From Gemmatimonadota bacterium (GTDB lineage Bacteria; Gemmatimonadota; Gemmatimonadetes; Gemmatimonadales; Gemmatimonadaceae), in NCBI GenBank assembly GCA_031372565.1, contig JANMLN010000060.1, positions 1 to 31,403 on the forward strand: 31,403 nt of DNA, given 5' to 3'. Below the pieces are notes generated by a model. That model ran no database searches, was not told where the DNA came from, and was given only the letters and a program-made list of their open reading frames with translations. The number at the start of each line of letters is the position of its first letter. Positions within the stretch are counted from its first letter, which is position 1. Shown in pieces: positions 1-8,808 of the stretch. A program made the position numbers and the translations under genes.

Positions 1-25
1 GTGCGCGGCCGGTAGATTCCGCCGC

Positions 26-460
26 ATGTGGGCCGATACTCTCCTGGCTGCCGAGCAGGCGCACCTGCTTCGGCTCGCGGTCTGGGCCGCCGGATCGGTG
101 TTGCTGGGGACCGCGCTGCTGGCCGGGCTCCGGCTCCGGGGACACCGGTCGCCCCTGCTCTTCCATTTTGCGTTGCAGACGGCGGCTTGGGGGGCGGTAG
201 ATCTGGCGATCGTGTGGGCGGCGCGTGGTTCACTCGTGCTGCGCGACCTCTCGTCCGCCCGGCGGCTGGAGCGGTTCCTCTGGCTGAACACCGGCCTCGA
301 TGCAGGGTACGCGGCCGTCGGCGTCACGCTGGCGGTCGCAGGGTGGAGCTTGGGGCGCCGACTCGGCGCGGTCGGGGCTGGTATCGGCATCGTCATTCAG
401 GGACTTGCCCTGCTGTTGCTCGACCTGGTGATTGCCGATCAACTGGCCCGCATGGTGTAG
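26..460 (+). CDS. Small integral membrane protein, about 4 TM helices (DUF6992-like)
   Basis: 144-aa ORF with four hydrophobic stretches; motifs QTAAWGAVDLAI, LWLNTGLDAGY and GIGIVIQGLALLLLD resemble a conserved uncharacterised membrane family. Confidence 0.7.
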   Translation: MWADTLLAAEQAHLLRLAVWAAGSVLLGTALLAGLRLRGHRSPLLFHFALQTAAWGAVDLAIVWAARGSLVLRDLSSARRLERFLWLNTGLDAGYAAVGVTLAVAGWSLGRRLGAVGAGIGIVIQGLALLLLDLVIADQLARMV

Positions 461-536
461 CGCGTCGATTTCGGTTGCCAAGGTGCGCCATCGCAGCGCC
501 CGCACCATATTCCGATCATCTCCTCCCTGACCTGAC

Positions 537-1160
537 ATGGCGCAGCGCGGTTACTCCGATCGCATCAACCACGCGTTCGCATTCGCGGCCAAGCACCACG
601 ACCAGCAGGTCCGCAAGGGTACCGCGCTGCCGTACCTCACGCATCCCGCCAACGTCGCGGTGATCCTGACGCGCTACGGGCAGGACGAGGAGACGATCGC
701 CGCCGGGATCCTGCACGACGTGATCGAGGATTGCGTGCGCGACGGCTACACGCGCGAATCGCTCGAGCAGCGCCTCGGTGACAAGTTCGGCACGGAGGTC
801 CTCGACACGGTCCTCGCCGTCACGCACCGCAAGGTCGACGACGACGGCATGGAGTTCTCCTCCGAAGAAAAGAAGACCGACTACCTGACGCGACTCGATC
901 GTGCGCCGGAGCGGGCGCGGTGGGTCTGTGCCGCCGACAAGATCCACAACGGCAGCGCGATCCTCGCCGACCTGCGCCGCACCGACTTTCCCGAGAACGT
1001 CTGGAGCCGCTTCTCGGTGGGACGCGAAGGCACCGTGCGGTGGTATCGGCAGGTGTATGACCGACTCGCGATGCTTGGCTTCCAGGCACCGATCATGGAC
1101 GAGCTGCGCGACGTGGCCGAGCAACTCGAGCGCTGGACCGAACCGACGCGCACGCGCTAG
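537..1160 (+). CDS. Stand-alone HD-domain protein of the RelA/SpoT hydrolase type (small alarmone hydrolase / Mesh1-like)
   Basis: AFAFAAKHHDQQVRKGTALPYLTHP, AAGILHDVIED and AADKIHN match the RSH hydrolase motifs (HxxQxRK...PYxxHP, LHDxxED, ADxxHN); 207 aa with no synthetase domain. Confidence 0.85.
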   Translation: MAQRGYSDRINHAFAFAAKHHDQQVRKGTALPYLTHPANVAVILTRYGQDEETIAAGILHDVIEDCVRDGYTRESLEQRLGDKFGTEVLDTVLAVTHRKVDDDGMEFSSEEKKTDYLTRLDRAPERARWVCAADKIHNGSAILADLRRTDFPENVWSRFSVGREGTVRWYRQVYDRLAMLGFQAPIMDELRDVAEQLERWTEPTRTR

Positions 1161-1187
1161 GTGCGCGTGCCGTGCGCGCGCGGCGGA

Positions 1188-2432
1188 CTACACGCCGGCC
1201 GTCGCGCCCGCGGGGTAGGTGCGCACCACGTAATCCTCGAGAATCACCAGGAACTCCTCGACGATCCGGTCGCCCTTGAGCGTCATCAGGAGCTTCCCGT
1301 CCATGTAGACGGGCGCCTTGGGCTCCTCGAACGTACCGGGCAGCGAGATGCCCAGGTTCGCATGCTTCGACTCGCCGGGTCCGTTCACCACGCAGCCCAT
1401 CACGGCGACGCGCATCTCCTCCACACCGGGGTGCCTGTCGCGCCAGAGCGGCATCTGTTCGCGCAGGTAGCCCTGGATGTCTTCCGCCATCTTCTGGAAG
1501 TAGGTCGACGTGGTGCGGCCGCACCCGGGGCACGCGGTCACCTGCGGCGCGAACGAACGCATGCCGAGTGACTGCAGGATCTGCTGCGCGACGTAGACCT
1601 CCTCGGAGCGATCGCCACCGGGCTTCGGCGTGAGCGACACACGAATCGTGTCGCCGATCCCTTCGGTGAGCAGGATGGCGAGGGCGGCCGAGCTGGCGAC
1701 CACGCCCTTGTTCCCCATGCCGGCTTCGGTGAGTCCCAGGTGCAGCGGATAGTCGCAGCGCACGGCGAGGCGCCGATACACATCCACCAGGTCCGGCACG
1801 AGCGAGACCTTGGCCGAGATCAGGATCTTGTTGTGCGCGAGCCCCGTCTCTTCGGCCAACGCGGCCGACCGGAGCGCGCTCTCGAGCATGGCCTCGATGT
1901 AGACGTCACGCGCATCGACGGGCGCGGCCAGCTTCGCGTTGGCGTCCATCATCGTCGTGAGCAGGTCCTGGTCGAGCGAGCCCCAATTGACCCCGATCCG
2001 CACCGGCTTGTCGTACTCGACCGCCACCTGCACGATCGTGCGGAAGTTGTCGTCGCGATGGCGCGACCCGACGTTGCCGGGGTTGATGCGGTACTTGGCC
2101 AGCGTGCGCGCGGCTTCGGGAAACTTCCGGAGCAGCAGGTGCCCGTTGTAGTGGAAGTCGCCGACCAAGGGGACGCGCACCCCCATGTCGTCGAGCCGTA
2201 GGCGAATTTCGCCGACGGCCGCCGCGGCTTCGTCGTTGTTGACCGTGATGCGCACCACCTGCGAGCCGGCGCGCGCGAGGGCGGCCACTTGCTCGGCCGT
2301 GCCGGCCGCGTCCGCGGTGTCGGTGTTCGTCATCGACTGGACGACGACCGGGTGGGATGACCCCACGCCAACGTCGCCCACATAGGCGGTCACGGTGGAC
2401 CGGCGCTTCGAAAAGACCACGGAGCGTACCAT
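1188..2432 (-). CDS. ispG: 4-hydroxy-3-methylbut-2-en-1-yl diphosphate synthase
   Basis: [72 protein letters not shown]; start trimmed to ATG at 2432 (GTG at 2420 also possible). Confidence 0.97.
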   Translation of the reverse strand: MVRSVVFSKRRSTVTAYVGDVGVGSSHPVVVQSMTNTDTADAAGTAEQVAALARAGSQVVRITVNNDEAAAAVGEIRLRLDDMGVRVPLVGDFHYNGHLLLRKFPEAARTLAKYRINPGNVGSRHRDDNFRTIVQVAVEYDKPVRIGVNWGSLDQDLLTTMMDANAKLAAPVDARDVYIEAMLESALRSAALAEETGLAHNKILISAKVSLVPDLVDVYRRLAVRCDYPLHLGLTEAGMGNKGVVASSAALAILLTEGIGDTIRVSLTPKPGGDRSEEVYVAQQILQSLGMRSFAPQVTACPGCGRTTSTYFQKMAEDIQGYLREQMPLWRDRHPGVEEMRVAVMGCVVNGPGESKHANLGISLPGTFEEPKAPVYMDGKLLMTLKGDRIVEEFLVILEDYVVRTYPAGATAGV

Positions 2433-2572
2433 TCGTTTGGGAGGGCGAAAGATAGTCCGTCCACCCCGACGAGGGGATGCGCCACCGCTACCGCCCAGCC
2501 TCGCGGCGCGACAGCTTCCGAGTCGCCAGATCAGGCCGACTGGCCTCCCACCCCGACTCGGAGTCGTCTTCG

Positions 2573-2989
2573 ATGGCTGATGCCTCGACGGGCGCTGCTG
2601 CCCCGCCGCCACCCAGCTTCTTCCGCCGCCACTGGGGAAAGGTGACCCTCATCTCGATCCTGACGGTCGTCATCCTCGTGCTGGCGGTCTGGACCGCCAT
2701 TGCCGTGTTCTACACCTACTCGGATGGCGACCGGACGGGCTACCTGCAGAAGCTCTCCCGCAAGGGATGGCTCTGCAAGACGTGGGAAGGTGAGCTGGCC
2801 ATGTCGAACGTCCCGGGGCAGATGCCCGAGAAGTTCCTGTTCACGGTCCACAGCGACTCCCTGGCCGCGGCCATGAAGACCTTCGATGGGAAGCGCGTCG
2901 TGATCTCGTACTCGCAGCACGTGGCCATTCCGACCACCTGCTTCGGCGACACCCCGTATTGGGCCAAGGGGGTCCGGGTCTCCGAGTAG
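2573..2989 (+). CDS. Conserved hypothetical single-pass membrane protein
   Basis: ATG at 2573; one TM helix followed by [27 protein letters not shown]...CFGDTPYW; strong GC3 codon bias. Confidence 0.8.
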   Translation: MADASTGAAAPPPPSFFRRHWGKVTLISILTVVILVLAVWTAIAVFYTYSDGDRTGYLQKLSRKGWLCKTWEGELAMSNVPGQMPEKFLFTVHSDSLAAAMKTFDGKRVVISYSQHVAIPTTCFGDTPYWAKGVRVSE

Positions 2990-2994
2990 CAGCG

Positions 2995-3022
2995 GTTAAC
3001 GGACGTCGCCCCCAGTCGTCTA
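2995..3022 (+). promoter_or_regulatory. Putative ECF sigma-factor promoter
   Basis: GTTAAC-N16-CGTCTA about 60 nt upstream of the ATG at 3083; fits the general AAC / CGTC ECF pattern. Confidence 0.35.
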
Positions 3023-3082
3023 CCTGCTCGAACCCGGGCGCGCGATGCATCCCCGCCCGGTCCGACCCTGAGGAGCCTCATC

Positions 3083-3559
3083 ATGCGCCGTCTGCCGATT
3101 GCCATTGCCTTGATCGCCACTGTCGTCGTGGCGCTCCCCCTGACGGCGCAGGGGAGCGCCGGAGGCGGCTCGGTGCGCGGCGGTGGTGAAGCGCGCGCCC
3201 CGGGTGCGCGTGGTGGGGCTGCGGTCGAGGCGATGCGCGAGCGTCGTGGCCCTGGCCCACGCGGAGAAGCGCTGGCCGGAGACGACCGCCGAGCCCGCAT
3301 GGATCAGCGGCGCGAGCGCTTGGCCGCGATGGCACCGGAAGATCGCGCGGCGCTCGCCGAGCGGCTGCGCGGCGGACGTCCGGATGGAGTCCGGGGACCG
3401 CGCTCGCCGGAGCAAGCGGCGTTCGCGCAGTCGCTGCGCGAGAAGCGACGTGAGCTGCGCGGCGCGGTCTCGGCCGGAACGCTCGATCGTCACGCGGCAG
3501 CCGAGCAGCTCCGGTCGTGGCTCCGCTCCAACCGACCAGGCGGTCCCGCCAGCCCCTGA
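3083..3559 (+). CDS. Secreted helical, charged protein (Spy/CpxP or periplasmic-sensor-like)
   Basis: RBS GAGGAG upstream; signal peptide MRRLPIAIALIATVVVALPLTAQ; Arg/Glu-rich helices such as LAAMAPEDRAALAERLR separated by Gly/Pro linkers. Confidence 0.7.
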   Translation: MRRLPIAIALIATVVVALPLTAQGSAGGGSVRGGGEARAPGARGGAAVEAMRERRGPGPRGEALAGDDRRARMDQRRERLAAMAPEDRAALAERLRGGRPDGVRGPRSPEQAAFAQSLREKRRELRGAVSAGTLDRHAAAEQLRSWLRSNRPGGPASP

Positions 3560-3579
3560 ATCACCCCACATTGCGTCGC

Positions 3580-4914
3580 ATGTCCCACCCCGGGTTGCTC
3601 CTCCGCACGTCTTGGGTCGCAGTTGCGCTCGTCGTGCTCGCCCTCCTGTCGGTCCGCCCCGCTGGGGCGCAGGGTCGACCCGATTCGTTGGCGCGGCGCG
3701 ATAGTGCGCGTGCTGGCGTGCCCGCAGACTCGGCGGCCAAGCTTCGTGCACTCGCGGACTCGATCCTCCTCGAGGATGATCCCGACGACGACATGAGCCT
3801 CGACGTGCCCGTCGGGATTCGACAGTCTTTCAGCGTGCAGTCGCTCAATCGTGGCTACACCATCGGCGGCAACAGCATCGCCGAGAACGTCGGCGTGGTG
3901 ACGTATCGCTGGCGCGCCGCCGATTGGCGGCTGTCGGCGAGCGCGTCACCGCTCCGCTATGCTGGGAACGGGACCGTGATCAGCGGAGCGCCACCGGTGT
4001 CGGGGCGCCTCGACTGGAGCTTCGCCAAGGGTGATACGCTGCGTGTGTACGGACGCAGCGCGAGCGTGCCCGCGTCCCTCGACTCGACGCAGTCGGCCGC
4101 GCTGGGCCTCGTGTCCGTCTCCACGATCGACCTCGAGAGCTTTTCCCTCGGCACGCAGGCGATGTTCGGCGCGCGGGCAGCCTTCACCTTCGATCTCGGA
4201 AACGACGTGTCGCTGGGGCTGCGCGGTGGCCTCGAAGTGCAGCCGAAGCCGACCGGGCGGTCGAGCGTCTACTGGACCGGTACCACCGTGCTGGCGGGCG
4301 CCTCGCTCGGCGGGCTCGCCGGCGACCTTCGGTGGAGCGGGTCGGTGGACTTCAGCCGATCGAGCGCCGACTCCCTGCTGCTGCCTGGAGATTCCGTTGG
4401 ACGTAACCTGTTTGCCGGAGGCGGGTCGCTGAGTCTGGGGCTGCAACTGGATGGCCCGCTGACCAGCGCGGGTGACGCCAGCGGAGTGCTCGGCCTGTGG
4501 TACCAGCGCCCCATCGACAACGACCGCGCTGATCAACCGAACCGCCTGTTGCCGGTGGGCGACACGTTCGGGGCATTCGTGAGCCTCGACCTGCCGATCC
4601 AGAAGCTGGTGCTCTCCCCCACGCTGTCGATCTCGCGCGAGTCCGCGTCGGATGATGCCCGCACGCGGTTGGTGCGGTATCGCTATGAGACATCCAGTTG
4701 GGCCATGAACGCCGGGGCAGCCCTCACCATCCCGCTGACGTCACGTATCGACCTGACCCCCGAGGCGGGAGCGACGTTCGGGGGGGCGGACGCGGTTTTC
4801 ACCACCCAGCTCGGCGGCGGCGGTCCACGTCGGCCGGGCCGGACGTCCGCGTCGGGATTCTCGAGCAGCGTTCGTGGGTGGTGGGCCGGGGTCGAGCTGT
4901 CCGTGTCGTTCTGA
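3580..4914 (+). CDS. Putative outer-membrane beta-barrel protein
   Basis: Signal peptide ending AGA-Q; many amphipathic beta-strands; C-terminal WWAGVELSVSF with terminal Phe (BAM beta-signal); start set to ATG 3580. Confidence 0.75.
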   Translation: MSHPGLLLRTSWVAVALVVLALLSVRPAGAQGRPDSLARRDSARAGVPADSAAKLRALADSILLEDDPDDDMSLDVPVGIRQSFSVQSLNRGYTIGGNSIAENVGVVTYRWRAADWRLSASASPLRYAGNGTVISGAPPVSGRLDWSFAKGDTLRVYGRSASVPASLDSTQSAALGLVSVSTIDLESFSLGTQAMFGARAAFTFDLGNDVSLGLRGGLEVQPKPTGRSSVYWTGTTVLAGASLGGLAGDLRWSGSVDFSRSSADSLLLPGDSVGRNLFAGGGSLSLGLQLDGPLTSAGDASGVLGLWYQRPIDNDRADQPNRLLPVGDTFGAFVSLDLPIQKLVLSPTLSISRESASDDARTRLVRYRYETSSWAMNAGAALTIPLTSRIDLTPEAGATFGGADAVFTTQLGGGGPRRPGRTSASGFSSSVRGWWAGVELSVSF

Positions 4915-4998
4915 GTCGCGCGGGCCGTTCCGCGCGGCGAGCCAGCGGGAGTGCCGACGCGTCTACCACAGACATGACCGGGACGGCCGGAATCGGGA

Positions 4999-5027
4999 TT
5001 GTCTAGTGTTTATCGACATACTATACT
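4999..5027 (+). promoter_or_regulatory. Sigma70-type promoter of the cold-shock gene
   Basis: TTGTCT (4999-5004)-N17-TATACT (5022-5027) in an AT-rich patch. Confidence 0.6.
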
Positions 5028-5178
5028 CTCGCCCGTGGTGCCGCGGCGCTGTGGCTGCGGTCGCACGATCGCGTGCGGGTCCGGCGCGGCGGGCTCCGAG
5101 AGTTCCGCGCAGTCACAAGTATTGTTGCAGGGTTCGGCATTCGCTGCTCACTGCACAATCGTATCAGAGGAGTTGGGC

Positions 5179-5394
5179 ATGCGTACGACTGGCAAGGTGA
5201 AGTGGTTCAATGATGCGAAGGGGTTCGGCTTCATCACTCCCGACAACGGCACCAAGGACTGCTTCGTGCACTACAGCGCGATCGGTGGATCCGGCTTCAA
5301 GTCGCTCGCCGAGGGCGAGGCCGTTGAGTTCGACATCGTGCAGGGTCAGAAGGGCCCCGCTGCGGAGAATGTGACGAAGGCCGGCGCGAACTAA
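5179..5394 (+). CDS. cspA: Cold-shock protein (CspA family)
   Basis: [22 protein letters not shown]...DCFVHYSAI...[11 protein letters not shown] (RNP1/RNP2); RBS GAGGAG at 5167-5172; 71 aa; exact paralogue name uncertain. Confidence 0.96.
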   Translation: MRTTGKVKWFNDAKGFGFITPDNGTKDCFVHYSAIGGSGFKSLAEGEAVEFDIVQGQKGPAAENVTKAGAN

Positions 5395-5425
5395 GCAGGC
5401 CCGCTTCCCATATCTGCCACGTACG

Positions 5426-5463
5426 ACGGGGTGCCTCGCCACGAGGCACCCCGTTTGCGTTTC
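5426..5463 (+). terminator. Rho-independent terminator after the cold-shock gene
   Basis: Perfect 13-bp stem ACGGGGTGCCTCG / CGAGGCACCCCGT, loop CCA, followed by TTGCGTTTC. Confidence 0.8.
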
Positions 5464-5489
5464 CCTGTACGGCCAGAGATTGTCCTCGG

Positions 5490-6788
5490 ATGGATGCTCC
5501 ACCAAATCGCATCATCATCGTCGGCGGCGGTATTGCCGGCCTTGTCGCCGCCATCGAGCTGGAGCGACGCGGTCGATCCGTGCTGCTGCTCGAACGCGAA
5601 GCCGAACTCGGTGGACGGGTGCGCACGCGATTGGTGGACGGGTTCCGTATCGACCGCGGGTTCCAGGTGCTGTTCACGGCGTATCCCATGCTTGCGAGCT
5701 ATCTGGATCTTGCCGCGCTGGACCTTCGCCCGTTCCAGGCCGCGGCGCGCATTGCGCTGCCGACCGGCACGAGCGTCGTCGGCGACGCGTTGCGACACCC
5801 TGCCCTGCTCCCCGAGACGATCCTCTCCTCGCACATTCCCGTGGGAGACATCTGGCGGCTGCTCCGGTTACGGCAGTTGGCCAGGCGCCTCAGCGATGAT
5901 GCGTGCTTCGCCCCCCGCTATGCGCGGCTGACGACGCGCCAGTTCCTGATCGAGCGCGGCTTCACGCTCCCGACGATCGAACGGTTCTTCGCGCCGTTCT
6001 ATGGAGGCATTCTGCTCGACCGCTCACTCGAGTCGAGCGCCGCCGTCATGCTCTTCACCTTTCGGATGCTGGCGCTCGGCGATACGGCGGTTCCAGCGCG
6101 CGGCATGGGGGCGATCGCCGCACAGCTCGGGGGAGCGCTGCACACGACCGAGGTGCGCACCGCCTGCCCGGTGTCAGCGGTGCGCGTGGCGGACGGGCGC
6201 GCGGTCGGCGTGGTGCTGGCGGATGGAACCGTCGAGGACGGCACCGACGTGGTGCTGTGCACCGAGGCCCCAGCGGCGATCGCACTCGCCGCCACGATTG
6301 GCCTCCAGCTGGCGGCACTCCCGACGCGCGCGTTGGGCTGTACGACGGTGTACTTCGCGAGCGACCGGTCGTTGTTGCCGGGACGTGCGCTCACGCTCAA
6401 CGCGACCGAACACTCCGTGATCAGCCACGCCATCACGGTGAGTGATGTGGCTCCAGAGTATGCCCCGGCGGGTCAACACCTGCTGGCGATGACGGCGGTC
6501 GGCGAGCCGGCGCAACTCACCAATCCAATGCTCGAGCGCGCCGCACTGAGTGAACTGGCGATGATGCGCCGGTCGAGCATCAGCACGCCACCGCGCGTGG
6601 TCGCGATCGAGCGCGTCCCGTACAGCCAGTTCGCCCATCCGGCGGGCTACGCGGAACGGAGACCGTCCGTGTACGCGGGAGTCGACCGGCTCTGGTTCGG
6701 AGGCGAAGCGCTGCATTCCAGCTCGCTGGATGGTGCAGCACGAGCTGGAATAATGGTGGCTTTAGAGATCATCAATAAAACAGTATAG
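5490..6788 (+). CDS. FAD-dependent oxidoreductase (flavin amine oxidase / protoporphyrinogen oxidase / phytoene dehydrogenase-like)
   Basis: IIIVGGGIAGLVAA dinucleotide fold, LGGRVRT...DGFRIDRGFQVLFTAYP, C-terminal GGE...SSLDGAARAG. Confidence 0.88.
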   Translation: MDAPPNRIIIVGGGIAGLVAAIELERRGRSVLLLEREAELGGRVRTRLVDGFRIDRGFQVLFTAYPMLASYLDLAALDLRPFQAAARIALPTGTSVVGDALRHPALLPETILSSHIPVGDIWRLLRLRQLARRLSDDACFAPRYARLTTRQFLIERGFTLPTIERFFAPFYGGILLDRSLESSAAVMLFTFRMLALGDTAVPARGMGAIAAQLGGALHTTEVRTACPVSAVRVADGRAVGVVLADGTVEDGTDVVLCTEAPAAIALAATIGLQLAALPTRALGCTTVYFASDRSLLPGRALTLNATEHSVISHAITVSDVAPEYAPAGQHLLAMTAVGEPAQLTNPMLERAALSELAMMRRSSISTPPRVVAIERVPYSQFAHPAGYAERRPSVYAGVDRLWFGGEALHSSSLDGAARAGIMVALEIINKTV

Positions 6789-6813
6789 CGCCACTGATAG
6801 ATTCGTATGGTGA

Positions 6814-7221
6814 CTATTCGCCGCCTACGCCGCTCGAACGCTTTCGTCGGACCCTAGGGCGTCCACGCGGGACATCTCGAGCACGAGCAACCGCGCCGTC
6901 GAGTGCCGAACGCACCGATCGACGCCAGGCGGCGACCTCGGCGGACACGGTGAGCTTGCCGGCGCCCCAGCGCACCATACCGCCGGGCGCACTCAACAGT
7001 GCGTGTGCGGCCGACAGAGCGGACTCGGCCGACAGGCCCCCATCGATGATGAGCGCGTGCGCGATGGCAACGCAGAGCACAGCGTCGGCGCTCATCCGCC
7101 GGCGCTTCCCCTGACGCCCCCGCGAGACCCCCGCGACAGGAAAGCGCGTCAGGAGCGATGAGAGCCAGCCCTCGGACAGCTCAATAGCAGCCGCAGCAAC
7201 CCTGGTGTCGTATAAGGCCAT
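6814..7221 (-). CDS. Hypothetical protein, probable MerR-like winged-HTH DNA-binding protein
   Basis: 135 aa; MALYDTRVAAAAIELSEGWLSSLL (HTH-like) followed by the wing SRGRQGKRRRMSADAV; basic C-terminal PRGRPRVRRKR. Confidence 0.6.
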   Translation of the reverse strand: MALYDTRVAAAAIELSEGWLSSLLTRFPVAGVSRGRQGKRRRMSADAVLCVAIAHALIIDGGLSAESALSAAHALLSAPGGMVRWGAGKLTVSAEVAAWRRSVRSALDGAVARARDVPRGRPRVRRKRSSGVGGE

Positions 7222-7222
7222 A

Positions 7223-7251
7223 AATTATCGAAGAAACATTCGATAATTATA
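7223..7251 (-). promoter_or_regulatory. Palindromic operator overlapping a -10 box upstream of the MerR-like gene
   Basis: AATTATCGAA-N6-TTCGATAATT (7223-7248), a perfect 10-bp inverted repeat; TATAAT on the minus strand at 7251-7246. Confidence 0.6.
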
Positions 7252-7292
7252 TCGCATGCTGTCTGATAGAGAAACTATCGACAGACAACACC

Positions 7293-7336
7293 GGAAGAAA
7301 ATGCGGCGCGAGCGACCCCCGTCGCCCGCGCCGCAT
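7293..7336 (-). terminator. Rho-independent terminator of argG-argH
   Basis: Stem ATGCGGCGCGAGCGAC / GTCGCCCGCGCCGCAT (7301-7336; one G-U pair on the minus strand) followed on the minus strand by TTTCTT. Confidence 0.8.
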
Positions 7337-7354
7337 CAACCGCTGATGTCGCCC

Positions 7355-8806
7355 CTACTCAGTGATATGCAGCTCGTTGCCGCGCGAACCATCGTGATGC
7401 GGACCCACGGCAGCCTTCGCCGAGGCGAGCTGGGTCCTCACCGACGAAAATGCCGTGCCTCCCATGACGGCCCGCCGAGCCACCGATGCTTCGGGCGAGA
7501 GCGCGGCGAGCACGGTGGTTGGCGTGAACAGCGGGTGCGCGGCTGCCATCACATCAGGCGTCAGCCCGCCCAACTCCACCCCCTGCTCTTCGGCCTCCCG
7601 TACAAGGCGACCCACCGCGGCGTGCGCATCGCGGAACGCCACCCCTTGATCCACCAGCCAGTCGGCCAGATCCGTCGCCATCATCGTGCTCGACAGTGCG
7701 GCGCGCATCCGCGCGGCATCGAAGCGCAGTTCCTCCACGGCGCCGCTCACCGCCGGCAGGATCAACTGCATGACATCGACCGCGTCGAACAGCGCGCGCT
7801 TGTCGTCCTGCAGATCCTTGTTGTAGCCGCTCGGTAGCCCCTTGAGCGTGACGAGCAATCCGGTGAGGTCGCCCAGGATGCGCGCCGGACCGCCGCGTGC
7901 AATTTCGAGCACGTCAGGGTTCCGCTTCTGCGGCATCATGCTCGATCCCGTCGAGTAGCGGTCGCCGAACTTCACGAACCCGAACTCACTCGTGCCGTAC
8001 AGGATCAGGTCTTCGGCGAGCCGCGACACGTGCACGCCGAGCAGTGTGAGCGCATAGAGGACATCGGCGATGAAGTCGCGGTCCCCCACGGCGTCCATGC
8101 TGTTGGGCGCCACCTGTGCGAAACCCAGGCTCTCCTTGAGCAACACGCGCGAGACCGGAAAGGCCGAACCGGCGATCGCGCCGCTGCCGAGCGGCAGCGA
8201 CGACGCACTGCGCGCTGCCTGCGCGAGTCGTGCGCGGTCCCGCTCGAGGGGCCAGAAGTGGGACAACATCCAGTGGGCCGCTGCGACAGGCTGCGCGCGC
8301 TGCAGGTGGGTGTACGCGGGCATCAGCACGCCGTCTGCTTCGAGCGTCGTCGCGTGCGCGAGCAGGACGTGCTCCAATGCGCGCACGGAGGCGTCGAGCG
8401 CACCGCACGCGTCCATCACCCAGAGGCGCGCCGCCGTGGCCACCTGATCATTGCGGCTGCGCCCGGTGTGCAACTTGCCCGAGACATCGCCGACCTCGGC
8501 GTGCAGCAGGCGATCGATCATGGTGTGGATGTCTTCGTCGGTCGGCTCGGGCGCCGCTCCTGCCTCGAGACGGCGCGCCACGGCATCGAGCCCGCGCTCA
8601 AGCGCCACGCTCTCGTCGAGCGAGAGCACCCCCGCGTTCCAGAGCGCGAGGGCCCATGCCTTGGAGAGCTGAATATCGAATGGCCAGAGCCGGAAATCCG
8701 TCCCGATCGACCGGTTGAGCGCCTCCAGCGCCGGCGCGCTCGTGCCGCCGAAGCGCCCTCCCCACAACCGATGGCTCTTGGCCGGCACGGGCGTCGGGTG
8801 CGACAT
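7355..8806 (-). CDS. argH: Argininosuccinate lyase
   Basis: LWGGRF, KLHTGRSRNDQ, MPAYTHLQRAQP, STGSSMMPQKRNPD, YNKDLQDDK; start ATG 8806 just after the argG stop. Confidence 0.97.
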   Translation of the reverse strand: MSHPTPVPAKSHRLWGGRFGGTSAPALEALNRSIGTDFRLWPFDIQLSKAWALALWNAGVLSLDESVALERGLDAVARRLEAGAAPEPTDEDIHTMIDRLLHAEVGDVSGKLHTGRSRNDQVATAARLWVMDACGALDASVRALEHVLLAHATTLEADGVLMPAYTHLQRAQPVAAAHWMLSHFWPLERDRARLAQAARSASSLPLGSGAIAGSAFPVSRVLLKESLGFAQVAPNSMDAVGDRDFIADVLYALTLLGVHVSRLAEDLILYGTSEFGFVKFGDRYSTGSSMMPQKRNPDVLEIARGGPARILGDLTGLLVTLKGLPSGYNKDLQDDKRALFDAVDVMQLILPAVSGAVEELRFDAARMRAALSSTMMATDLADWLVDQGVAFRDAHAAVGRLVREAEEQGVELGGLTPDVMAAAHPLFTPTTVLAALSPEASVARRAVMGGTAFSSVRTQLASAKAAVGPHHDGSRGNELHITE

Positions 8807-8808
8807 CG

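Noticed and set aside
7221..7290. AT-rich region as possible oriC or dif
   Set aside because: No DnaA boxes (TTATCCACA), no XerD arm, and no dnaA/parAB context.
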